Positions 5,632 to 14,289 of a stretch of 18,128 nt of DNA are shown here, in pieces. Both the position numbers and the translations under genes were made by a program. How positions within the stretch are numbered: position 1 is the stretch's first letter; each line of letters starts with the position of its first letter. Under the pieces are notes generated by a model, which did not search any database, was not told the DNA's origin, and saw only the letters and a list, made by a program, of their open reading frames with translations. Source of the DNA: Lachnospiraceae bacterium UBA7589 (GTDB taxonomy: Bacteria; Bacillota; Clostridia; Lachnospirales; Lachnospiraceae). Location: contig DLKL01000049.1 in assembly GCA_002476495.1 (NCBI GenBank), positions 3,235-21,362 of the forward strand. Reading direction: 5' to 3'.

Positions 5632-7998
5632 CATTGCTTCTTTTTTCTTCTGTTCCGCAATCTTTTCGTGAATATTGGTGTTATACAGTTTGTAAAGGTC
5701 TGTATCCTTACTGATCTGGTTATCAAACGGAATTACCACTGAACCACACTTAATCAGTCCCATACCGGATGCAGTATTGGTTACGAACCGAAGCTGTGCC
5801 TCTGACACGCCGATTACCTCTGCCATCTTGGAGCTGTCCGTATTCGCCTGCTTAAGGAGTGCCACGAACTCAGAGTTTGCAAGCATAGTTGTTGCAGTGT
5901 AGTTCTGTAACAGATCGACGACGTTCTGCGTGATACCTGTACATAAGCCACCCTGCTTACGCACCTTTTTCCAAAGCTGCTGCAAATACTTTGCTGAATA
6001 CTCGGAATTTAAGAGCACATGGAACTCGTCAATATAGAGCCATGTTGCCTTGCCACGCTTTCCATTCTCCACAATCCTCTGCTGGATGGACTCCATCATT
6101 ACAAGCATGGTAATCGGACTAAGCTCGGCACCAAGGTCTCTGATACCATACACGGTAAATCTGTTATCCACATCCACATTTGTCTGGTGATTGAAGATAT
6201 TCAGAGAACCGCTTACGAAAAGTTCAAGGGACAATGCAATATCCTTTGCTTCCTCTTCCGGCTGTTCCAAAAGCAAATCATAAAAGTCACTCATAATCGG
6301 AATATACTTCTCCCTGCTTCTGGCAATGTCGATATAAAGCTTTCTCACGCATCTGTCAATAATGGACTTCTGACGGGAATTTAAGCTGTCACCGATACAC
6401 TGTTCACAAAGACCAAGCATGAACTCACCCTTTTCTCTTACCCAGCCCTTTGTATCGTTCTGGTCAAGATTCCACACATCCATGGCAAGGGGATTCACAT
6501 AATTGTCCGTATAAGTGGACATGTTTACAACCGTTCCGCCGTAAGTCTCGGCAATGTCAAAATACTCGTTCATCGGGTCAATGACGATAATCTCATCATC
6601 CCCGGATAAGAATACGCTTCCCATTTCCATCTTACAGAAGAAGGATTTACCGGAACCGGGAACACCGAATACAAATCCGTTACCATTGATGAGTCTCTTA
6701 CGGTTTCCCACATTGATGTTCTTACTTATCTGGTTGATACCATAGTAATTACCACCGCTGTCGTTAAGCTCCTGAACATTAAAAGGCATCAATACTGCAA
6801 GAGACTGTGTAAGCATGGTTCTCATTGTTTCAACCTGTCTTACTCCAATCGGCAATGCTGTATTTAATGCCTCTCTCTGTTTCAGGAAATGCGTATCAAT
6901 GGTACAGCTGTTACGCTTTCCAATGGTTTCGATTGTCTCACAGATACTGTCAAGCTCCTTCTTGCTCTCCGCCATAACAATAATTGTCACGCCCACATAG
7001 AACAGACACTGGTCGTTCTCCCTGACATCATCCATAATCGCCTCAATCTCCCTTTTCTCGGTTCTCTTTGCATAAGAGATTTCTGTGGAAAAGTCATTGT
7101 TCTTATTACGGACTCTCTGCTGCTTGATGATATCCGATTCAATACCCAGATACTTTTTCTGTAAGGTCTTTGTCGTCAGATCCTTCGGTACGGGAACCAC
7201 ATCAATGCTTGTAATGGAGTGAACCGGCAGCGAAGTAATTTCATTGATGAAACGGTCTGAGAGACTGCTCGGATACTTCTTGATAAACAGTGCCTTACAG
7301 AACTTGCTCTCATCCTCAAAGTGATCCGGGAAGAACCTAATCATTCCGTTGCACAAATCATTCTTGAAATCTGCTCCTACCTTCTTTGCTTCCTTCAGAC
7401 TAAAGTTGAAGCTGTTTTCATCTCCAAGATGGTAATAGTCATAAAGCACCTTGATTCTTTCATCACCCGAAAGCGGTACAATCTCTGCACCAAGCTCAAT
7501 AAATGCCTTATGAATGGTCGCCTCCAAAGTGGCAAACTGTGCCTTTGCCTCTTCAAAGTTCTTACGCTCAATCGTGATGGTTAAGTATCTCTCCTGTTCA
7601 ATACCCTGTCTTCCCTCACGAATCTTTTCCTCGATAATATCATTATAAATCTTACGGAAATGGTCATATCCGTCATCACAATAGGCAAGCAGCACCTTCT
7701 CTCTGAGGTCAATCATATTCTTATTCTTGTTATTCACGGTAATCTTAAAATTACAGTCAAGAGAATTTAAGAACTTGCAGTATCTCTCAAAAATACCGAT
7801 CTGCTCATCTTCGGTTGCAGTTGTGTAATTGATGTCCTGAAAACGGTAACACTTGCTGTATCTGTTTCTTGCGACCTCAAAAATACCATTTTCCGCAACT
7901 GCCATTATCTCAATGGTTTCCTGTATGGATTTTGGAGTTTTATACAAAGGCTCGCTGGCTTTCTTAAGCTCCTTAAATCCGTCTGCAAATAAACCCAT
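5620..7998 (-). CDS. virB4: VirB4-family conjugative T4SS ATPase (Gram-positive PrgJ / TcpF / CD1110-like)
   Basis: 792 aa with Walker A GVPGSGKSF and Walker B LYIDEFH. The N-terminal region (...KTPKSIQETIEIMAVAENGIFEV...YSKCYRFQDINY) is typical of Firmicutes VirB4-like proteins, and a PrgI-like gene sits immediately upstream. Confidence 0.95.
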   Translation of the reverse strand: MGLFADGFKELKKASEPLYKTPKSIQETIEIMAVAENGIFEVARNRYSKCYRFQDINYTTATEDEQIGIFERYCKFLNSLDCNFKITVNNKNKNMIDLREKVLLAYCDDGYDHFRKIYNDIIEEKIREGRQGIEQERYLTITIERKNFEEAKAQFATLEATIHKAFIELGAEIVPLSGDERIKVLYDYYHLGDENSFNFSLKEAKKVGADFKNDLCNGMIRFFPDHFEDESKFCKALFIKKYPSSLSDRFINEITSLPVHSITSIDVVPVPKDLTTKTLQKKYLGIESDIIKQQRVRNKNNDFSTEISYAKRTEKREIEAIMDDVRENDQCLFYVGVTIIVMAESKKELDSICETIETIGKRNSCTIDTHFLKQREALNTALPIGVRQVETMRTMLTQSLAVLMPFNVQELNDSGGNYYGINQISKNINVGNRKRLINGNGFVFGVPGSGKSFFCKMEMGSVFLSGDDEIIVIDPMNEYFDIAETYGGTVVNMSTYTDNYVNPLAMDVWNLDQNDTKGWVREKGEFMLGLCEQCIGDSLNSRQKSIIDRCVRKLYIDIARSREKYIPIMSDFYDLLLEQPEEEAKDIALSLELFVSGSLNIFNHQTNVDVDNRFTVYGIRDLGAELSPITMLVMMESIQQRIVENGKRGKATWLYIDEFHVLLNSEYSAKYLQQLWKKVRKQGGLCTGITQNVVDLLQNYTATTMLANSEFVALLKQANTDSSKMAEVIGVSEAQLRFVTNTASGMGLIKCGSVVIPFDNQISKDTDLYKLYNTNIHEKIAEQKKKEAMLQE

Positions 7999-8115
7999 AT
8001 CTTTTCTACCTTCCTTTCTGCTTTACGCTTTCCTTATGGATTCACGCACCACACCGGGAACAACCCCGGCTGGTGCCCGGATTGCTCCCAAAGGAAGTCA
8101 ATCAAATCTGGTTAC

Positions 8116-8625
8116 TTATCTTGTTGCCTTGTAAATAACAAGTCCTGCCACAGCTGCAACCACAGCCGCAATCATTCCAATCAGAATACCTTTTGTTTTT
8201 CTCTTCATAGCCTCAAAATCCTCCTTATTCCTGGTATTGTCGGTTACTTCCGGTTTTGCTCCCTTCCCGGCTTTTTTCTTCTTACCAGTGTTACTTTGTT
8301 CTGTCTCGTAAGCCTTAATTGTCTGCTCACTCTCAGTTGACACATAAGTCAAAGCCTTATTATAGAACATAAACTGAAGCTTTTTCCCCATATACTCGTA
8401 AAAGTTCATCCCGTTATAGGAATAGAACCCGCCAAGGGCAATCGGTGCTACACAGGGAATTGCAACATAGGCTGCTCCCGTAAGACCGATATATTTATAA
8501 AGCAGAAGAACCAGTCCTCCGCCTACTACCACACTTGCCACAGAAAACATAAGCTGTCTGGCAGTAAGTCCAAGTGCCACGGTTTCCTGATAGCGGTCAA
8601 TATCCTTATTGATTTCAATTACCAA
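8116..8625 (-). CDS. prgI: PrgI / VirB3-like small membrane protein of the T4SS
   Basis: The INKDIDRYQETVALGLTARQLMF motif is followed by two TM helices, and the gene lies directly upstream of virB4. A TTG start at 8625 (GAGG 8 nt upstream) is preferred over the GTG at 8634, which has no spacer to an RBS. Confidence 0.7.
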   Translation of the reverse strand: MVIEINKDIDRYQETVALGLTARQLMFSVASVVVGGGLVLLLYKYIGLTGAAYVAIPCVAPIALGGFYSYNGMNFYEYMGKKLQFMFYNKALTYVSTESEQTIKAYETEQSNTGKKKKAGKGAKPEVTDNTRNKEDFEAMKRKTKGILIGMIAAVVAAVAGLVIYKATR

Positions 8626-8630
8626 TGTTC

Positions 8631-9029
8631 TCACCTCGCTTTCTCTGTCACTTTTGTTTCCCTGCCTTTTCCAATACCCGCTTCATACACCTGCATCCCA
8701 TATGGGCACAGTTCCCTCAGTCTGTCCACATTGAACAGATAAGGAGGATATTTGCAAAACCCGCTTCGTTTCATAAGTCCCGTAAACCCGCCCAGCGCAT
8801 TGTCAGCGATAAACTTCTCAAGCTCCGGCATATTGTTAAGGTCCACATATCCGCAGTAGTCAGGGACTTTACCCATGAGATTTACAGTCAAATCCCCGTA
8901 AGGCTCCGGATACTCCCCCTGCTCTACAAGACCTATATACATACACCCATTATTCAGATAAGTATTGATTTCCAGAGAAACCTTTATCTCTTCTCCGTAC
9001 TGGCTCTGTAAGTTTAATGTCTTTTCCAT
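8631..9029 (-). CDS. Conserved conjugative-element protein, DUF4313-like (assignment from memory)
   Basis: 132 aa and soluble. The pattern ...GCMYIGLVEQGEYPEPYGDLTVNL...YVDLNN...FIADNALGGFTGL...SGFCKYPPYLFN resembles DUF4313 proteins found between virB6-like and prgI-like genes. A good RBS (AGGAGGG) is present. Confidence 0.55.
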   Translation of the reverse strand: MEKTLNLQSQYGEEIKVSLEINTYLNNGCMYIGLVEQGEYPEPYGDLTVNLMGKVPDYCGYVDLNNMPELEKFIADNALGGFTGLMKRSGFCKYPPYLFNVDRLRELCPYGMQVYEAGIGKGRETKVTEKAR

Positions 9030-9041
9030 CTGGCACCCTCC

Positions 9042-9884
9042 TTATAATCCTAATGCTTTGCTTGTCAGTGACTGTGCACCCTTGACACTGCCCACTGTCA
9101 TGGCAATCGTAAATGTCATTTCACACAGGTAAATAAGGGTCTTTGCCCAGTCCGCATAGCTGCCCGTAAAGGACGGAAGCCCTGCACTGATAAAGGCATT
9201 GCACACGATAATCGCAAGTGCCATGGTGACTGCTTCCAACACAACGGATAAAAAGTATTTACAGTAAGTAACTGCTGTATGACTTACCGTTCTGTTTCCA
9301 CCCATTGTTGAGAATGCAATCGCACCAAGCGGCACTATGATCAGAATCTTTAAGAACCTGAAATATACCGTGTAGATAACGAAAAAGCCACAAATAATGA
9401 CAATGATGGACAATAAAGCTGCCAGAATGAGCATTACCAGACTTTCTCCAAATCCCAGATTCTTAATAACATCCGCCTGGGTGCTGTCGATGGTCAGTGT
9501 GACTGTTGTTCCGGCGGTCATCAGATTCACCAGATTTCCTATGGATGTGAAGAATGCCTTCATAATCGTGACATTATTTGCCACAAACCATTCCGCCAGT
9601 CCTAACCGGATAAGCATACGAAGAATTGCTTCAAATCGCATTTCCTCTTTCACATCCACACTCTCCGAGCAAAAACCTATGACAAAGAACAATACTACCA
9701 GGGAAGAGCCAACCGCTACGAAGATCGGCTCTATTCCCTCAATGATTGCCCACGGACCGCCGCCCTTGAAATTCACGGGCGACTGTCCAAGCATTGAAAA
9801 TACCAGTGATATCTGGTTATTCCAGAAACCAAATACCATTTCAAGCAAAGCAAGGATTTTGTCTCCAAGTTTAAAAATATCCAT
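9042..9884 (-). CDS. VirB6 / TrbL-like polytopic membrane protein (CD0415/CD1112-like)
   Basis: 280 aa with six or more hydrophobic helices, positioned between the pilin-like gene and prgI/virB4. GGAAGGAG RBS upstream. Confidence 0.75.
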   Translation of the reverse strand: MDIFKLGDKILALLEMVFGFWNNQISLVFSMLGQSPVNFKGGGPWAIIEGIEPIFVAVGSSLVVLFFVIGFCSESVDVKEEMRFEAILRMLIRLGLAEWFVANNVTIMKAFFTSIGNLVNLMTAGTTVTLTIDSTQADVIKNLGFGESLVMLILAALLSIIVIICGFFVIYTVYFRFLKILIIVPLGAIAFSTMGGNRTVSHTAVTYCKYFLSVVLEAVTMALAIIVCNAFISAGLPSFTGSYADWAKTLIYLCEMTFTIAMTVGSVKGAQSLTSKALGL

Positions 9885-9931
9885 ACTTGTTACATCTCCT
9901 TCCTACCGTTTTGGGGTACTCCTCCTGCATC

Positions 9932-10255
9932 TTAGAAGCCTAAGAATGTCAACACTGTAGAAATACCTGCCATCATAACACCGGCTACGATACCCTTAAG
10001 AGCAGAGTTCATGGTAGAAGAATCCTGCTGCTGATATGCCTGAGCAAACTCCATTACGTTCTTCGCAAGGATAATGACACCGACCGCACCGATAACTGCG
10101 ATAACCAGTGTTTTCAGATTGTCAAGCGGCTGTGTAACTGCCGAAGTACCAGTTCCTGCCGCAAAGCAGGTTGTGGTCATCTGACTCATCATCATTCCCA
10201 TACCGCATAAAGCTGGTACTAACTTCTTTTTCATTCCTCCAAAAAATCCCTTCAT
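9932..10255 (-). CDS. Small VirB2/TrbC-pilin-like or Maff2-like membrane protein
   Basis: 107 aa with an N-terminal leader (MKGFFGGMKKKLVPALCGMGMMM...CFAAG) and two hydrophobic helices (LVIAVIGAVGVIILA and IVAGVMMAGISTVLTFLGF). Start set to the ATG at 10255, with GGAGG 7 nt upstream. The ORF-track start at 10372 would read through a terminator-like hairpin. Confidence 0.65.
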   Translation of the reverse strand: MKGFFGGMKKKLVPALCGMGMMMSQMTTTCFAAGTGTSAVTQPLDNLKTLVIAVIGAVGVIILAKNVMEFAQAYQQQDSSTMNSALKGIVAGVMMAGISTVLTFLGF

Positions 10256-10340
10256 GTTGCTACCTCCATTTGTTTTGTTGTTTGTTGTTACTGTTACCTT
10301 TTCTGTCTTCATAATCAAAAATCTCCTTTTTAAGTTTGGG

Positions 10341-10377
10341 GCAGAAAAAAGCCGCATATCCTTCTGATACACGGCTT
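10341..10377 (-). terminator. Intrinsic terminator or attenuator downstream of virD4
   Basis: The minus-strand RNA reads AAGCCG-ug-UAUC-agaag-GAUA-ug-CGGCUU followed by UUUUUCU. Confidence 0.4.
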
Positions 10378-10480
10378 ATTCCTGCGCTATTAGTTTCTCT
10401 ATGAAAACGGGATAATCCCCGTAAGTAAAGTAAGGTCGGACTTTCTCCGACATGCTGTTTTAATAACCACCTCCCTCTTT

Positions 10481-12652
10481 CTAATGCTCCGAAAGATACT
10501 GCTCCCGTATCTTAGCCATCTCACCCGGCGATGTCTTCGGATAAAAGAAGGATAGTATCACAGACTTAGGAATTCTGGCATCCATTGCCTTACGAAGCTC
10601 CGCTTTCTGCTCCTCGGAATAATTCCAGTGCATCATACGGTTCGTAATGCTGTCCTCCCAGTCCGTATCTTTCTTTTCATCCGGTATCTCATCCACACGC
10701 TCCTGCTCCGGCTCTTCGGAATACTCCAGTTCATTATCCTGCGTACTGTTGAGCTTTGCCTTCTCGTTTTCTTCCTCAAGCTCCGAGAAACGCCTGCTCA
10801 GTTCCAAATCTCCCAGCATCATAAATTCATCATAGGTCAAAGAATCTATATAGATATTCTCTCCCTTCTTCTGAAGCTTTTCATAATGCTCCACTGCACG
10901 CTTTGACAGAATTTCAAAAGGCGGACCAATGAGATTGTTATTCACATCTATCTGATGCACATAGGGTTCTCCCTTTCCATCCGCAGTCTGGTTAAACATC
11001 GGATGTGCAAACGGTATATACTTATTATCCAGAATCGGATCGAACCCACGGATAAAAATAATGCATTTCTTGTTATCCAGTTTTCTCACTTCATCCGGTG
11101 TAAATATCTCACGACCAAGGACATCATAGTTTCTTGATGAGCTTCCCTGTCTGCCCTTTGTCTCTCCGCTTAACTTCTTGTCAATCGTGCCCTTGCCCAA
11201 AAGCTCCGACACATACTTATGGGTACTCTGCTCATTGCCTCCAAGGTAGATGAAGGTATCGCAGTTGCCCGGAATCGTCTCCCAGGTATCCTTAAACAGC
11301 GCCTTCAGCTGTGCAAAGTTCTGAATAATGATAATCGAGCTGATTTCCCTGCTTCGCATGGTGGATAGAAGGGAACAGTAGTCATCCGGCAATGCGACAT
11401 TGGCGAACTCATCAAGCATAAATGTGACATGAATCGGGAGTCTTCCTCCACAGTTAAAGTCCGCCTGATAATACAGCTCCTGAAATATCTGTGTGTATAA
11501 CATACCAATGATAAAGTTGTAAGACTTATCACTATCCGGTATGACACAGAACAGCGCTGTCTTTGTCTCCCCATCCCCGTTTACACCAATACCGATATCA
11601 GCAAGGTTTAGCTCATCCTTGGATAAAAGCCTTAATACCTGCTTATTCTCAAGAAAAGCAAGTCTTGAGTTGGCACTGATAATAATGGAACGGACCGTAT
11701 CGCCTGCACCACGCATACACTTGTTGTACTGCTTTACCGCCGGGTGATTCGCTCCAAGCGGCGAGTTCTCTTCCAGAAACATCATACGCACATCCAGCCT
11801 TGAAGGCTTTCCCTGCTCCGTCACTCCTGCTTCTCCAAGCAGCTTTAAGACCGTTTCAAAGTTTCGTCTGCTCGGCTTTTCTTCCAGCCACACATAATAG
11901 AAGATTGCCTGTAAAAACAAGCCCTCCGCTTTCTCCCAGAACGGGTCGGAAGGGGTTGCCCCTTTCGGAGTCGTATTACTGATAAGGTTGGTAATAAGCT
12001 TTACCACATCCGTCTCTTCACGGATATAGGAAAACGGATTGTAACAGTCTGACTTATCCATCTCAAGCAGATTGATAACCTTCACATTGTAGCCATTGTT
12101 CTTTAACATCTGACCACAGCTTCTTAGGATTTCTCCCTTCGGATCGGTACAGATAAAGGAACAGTTATGGGGCATCTGCATCAGGTTTGGCTTTACCTCA
12201 TAGAATGTCTTTCCTGCACCGGAACCGCCACAGATAAGAATGTTACCGTTTAACTTAAGCCTCCTGAAATCCAGTGACATCTTCACATTCTGGCTTAAGA
12301 TACGGTTAAAGTTTTCATCCTTATCCATCAGAATCTTGTTAACCTTCGCCGGTGATTCCAACTTGGCTGTACCAAATTCCCTGCCGGGCATATAATTCCT
12401 CTGACTGGTGTAATACATAACAACAGCCATAGCGTAGACAACTACAACTATGGCTATCATTTTCACTGTATTCTCATTGAAATAATTTGCAAACGGAGCT
12501 TCACATACAGCACTGAACCTGTCAAGAAATTCCATAAGCTCTATGCCTTCCTCCCAAGCTCCCCCAATCAGATATCCCAGATACCCGGCAAAGACTGCAC
12601 CAAGTAACAAAAATACCATGGAAGGTTTCTTCTTACTTGTCTGCATAGGCAC
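10481..12652 (-). CDS. virD4: Type IV coupling protein (VirD4 / TraG / PcfC family ATPase)
   Basis: 723 aa with two N-terminal TM helices, Walker A GGSGAGKT and Walker B FMLDEFAN. The C-terminal tail is acidic. The track start is a GTG overlapping the pcfB stop (TAGTG). An ATG at 12646 with GAGG 8 nt upstream is an equally good start. Confidence 0.95.
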   Translation of the reverse strand: MPMQTSKKKPSMVFLLLGAVFAGYLGYLIGGAWEEGIELMEFLDRFSAVCEAPFANYFNENTVKMIAIVVVVYAMAVVMYYTSQRNYMPGREFGTAKLESPAKVNKILMDKDENFNRILSQNVKMSLDFRRLKLNGNILICGGSGAGKTFYEVKPNLMQMPHNCSFICTDPKGEILRSCGQMLKNNGYNVKVINLLEMDKSDCYNPFSYIREETDVVKLITNLISNTTPKGATPSDPFWEKAEGLFLQAIFYYVWLEEKPSRRNFETVLKLLGEAGVTEQGKPSRLDVRMMFLEENSPLGANHPAVKQYNKCMRGAGDTVRSIIISANSRLAFLENKQVLRLLSKDELNLADIGIGVNGDGETKTALFCVIPDSDKSYNFIIGMLYTQIFQELYYQADFNCGGRLPIHVTFMLDEFANVALPDDYCSLLSTMRSREISSIIIIQNFAQLKALFKDTWETIPGNCDTFIYLGGNEQSTHKYVSELLGKGTIDKKLSGETKGRQGSSSRNYDVLGREIFTPDEVRKLDNKKCIIFIRGFDPILDNKYIPFAHPMFNQTADGKGEPYVHQIDVNNNLIGPPFEILSKRAVEHYEKLQKKGENIYIDSLTYDEFMMLGDLELSRRFSELEEENEKAKLNSTQDNELEYSEEPEQERVDEIPDEKKDTDWEDSITNRMMHWNYSEEQKAELRKAMDARIPKSVILSFFYPKTSPGEMAKIREQYLSEH

Positions 12653-13782
12653 TACCTCTTCTTAACGGTTGTGGTGGTTTTCTGCTGCCCGGTCTTTGTC
12701 CTGGTTGTTTCCTTTGCCTGCGTCTTTTCATACTTCTCACGCACGGAAGCCTCCACCTTGTCATAATGACTGTACAGTTCCTCGCCACGCTTGGTTTCCA
12801 CAACCCTGTTTTCCTCATCATAAATCTTATAATTCTTACCGCTGTCAATGAAGGTCAACATAGTCTTGCCATGATGAATATCCATGATATTCTCCTTGTT
12901 AATCCAGACATACCTTGCATTCTCTCCCCAGGTCCCCGGGATTCTGGTCTTAACCGCATGATCATTCTCCTGTACAATCAATGTCTTACTGATTGTTACA
13001 TCTGAAAGATTTGTATTCTTGGATGCCGATACTGCCATCATTCTCTCCGCAAGATTCTGATAGCCCTTAATCCGGTTCATAAAAGCATCCTTATCCATGA
13101 TAACCTTATGCTCTCCGGCTTCATCCTTTGCCCCCAGAACACCTATCGTTTCCAACTGCTTTAACACTGTTTCTGCCTGTGACTGGTTAATACTGAACTT
13201 CTCCTGTACTGCGTCCACACTGATACTCTGCTTCTCCATGGCAAACAGCCCTACCTTTTCAATCAGACCGTCCATGGCAGCACTGGCTCTCGCCCCTTCC
13301 GCAGTGTGGACTTTCTCGTTTCCCATTTTCTGACTCTTAAGGAAATCCATCAGCCTGCCAAGCTGTTTTTCATCCCCGTTTTTTAAGTAGTCATCAAATG
13401 TTGCAATACGACCAAAGCTGAGCTTCTGTATCATCATGTTCACTCGTGGCACTGCTTCCGTATGAAAGATAACTTCACTGAGACCATCCTTCTTATTCAC
13501 ATCCGGCAATACGGAATATAAAATCCCGTACTTCTTTGCCATCTTCTCAACCTTCTTCATATCTTTGGTTTCAAACTGCAGCACCTGAAGGTCGCCGCCC
13601 TTCATCAGAAGCTTTCGCATGGATGTCTTACCAAGCGATTTCTCATAGTCAAGCATTCCCTTCAAAAAGTCGATTGCCTTCTGCATGGCACCTAATCCTC
13701 CACTGCCCACCTTCATTGCAATCTCAATTCCGTCATAGGCTACACGGATAATCTGTACCGCTTCCTGAATCTCTTCTGCCAT
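12652..13782 (-). CDS. pcfB: PcfB-family (DUF3801) relaxosome accessory protein with a long C-terminal extension
   Basis: The N-terminal ~135 aa match the PcfB pattern (...GKTSMRKLLMKGGDLQVLQF...AKKYGILYSVLPDVNKKDG...) and the gene lies immediately upstream of the coupling protein. AAGGAGGG RBS upstream. See the findings for the extra domains. Confidence 0.8.
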   Translation of the reverse strand: MAEEIQEAVQIIRVAYDGIEIAMKVGSGGLGAMQKAIDFLKGMLDYEKSLGKTSMRKLLMKGGDLQVLQFETKDMKKVEKMAKKYGILYSVLPDVNKKDGLSEVIFHTEAVPRVNMMIQKLSFGRIATFDDYLKNGDEKQLGRLMDFLKSQKMGNEKVHTAEGARASAAMDGLIEKVGLFAMEKQSISVDAVQEKFSINQSQAETVLKQLETIGVLGAKDEAGEHKVIMDKDAFMNRIKGYQNLAERMMAVSASKNTNLSDVTISKTLIVQENDHAVKTRIPGTWGENARYVWINKENIMDIHHGKTMLTFIDSGKNYKIYDEENRVVETKRGEELYSHYDKVEASVREKYEKTQAKETTRTKTGQQKTTTTVKKR

Positions 13783-13794
13783 ATAAGTCCCTCC

Positions 13795-14280
13795 TTATAA
13801 CACCGGTTCCCTGAGAGTGCATTTCGGAGCATACTGTTCGGACTGTTCTTCCTCTTTGGTCTCTTCGTCCTCTTCCTCCTGCCTGCTTCTGCTCTCATTG
13901 ACCTTTTCCTTGATTTCCTCTGCATCTGCCCTTCTGACCTGTTCTTCCGTTACATCCACTCCATAAGCGGTAAGCACTTCCGCAAGACGGTTGATTGCCT
14001 TTTCCTCTTCAATCCGGTACATCTCAATGGATACCAGCAGATTCTCAATCTGACTTACCCATACAGGCTTCATGTCAATCATACTCATATACTGTTCCAT
14101 TACCTTTTCGGATTCCTGCTCATTCTCACAGGCAGCCAGTTCATCAATCAGCTGATTGGTTAAGGTCTTGTCTCCGCTTCGGAATGCAAACTGAACAACA
14201 AATTCCTTTTCTTTGTCAGAAAAGCCATGCTTTGTTTTACACAGACTTGTTACTGTCTCATTAATAATCGTTAAACCCAT
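13795..14280 (-). CDS. Hypothetical protein with an acidic C-terminal tail
   Basis: 161-aa ORF tightly packed between flanking genes. No motif recognised. The C-terminus reads SRQEEEDEETKEEEQSEQ. Confidence 0.55.
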   Translation of the reverse strand: MGLTIINETVTSLCKTKHGFSDKEKEFVVQFAFRSGDKTLTNQLIDELAACENEQESEKVMEQYMSMIDMKPVWVSQIENLLVSIEMYRIEEEKAINRLAEVLTAYGVDVTEEQVRRADAEEIKEKVNESRSRQEEEDEETKEEEQSEQYAPKCTLREPVL

Positions 14281-14289
14281 CGCTTCCTC

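Noticed and set aside
11305-13925. Minus-strand alternative-frame ORFs 11305-11574, 12633-12848 and 13740-13925
   Set aside because: They overlap the VirD4 and PcfB coding frames or the 13795-14280 ORF out of frame. They encode Arg/Lys/Ser-rich low-complexity peptides and are most likely not expressed.
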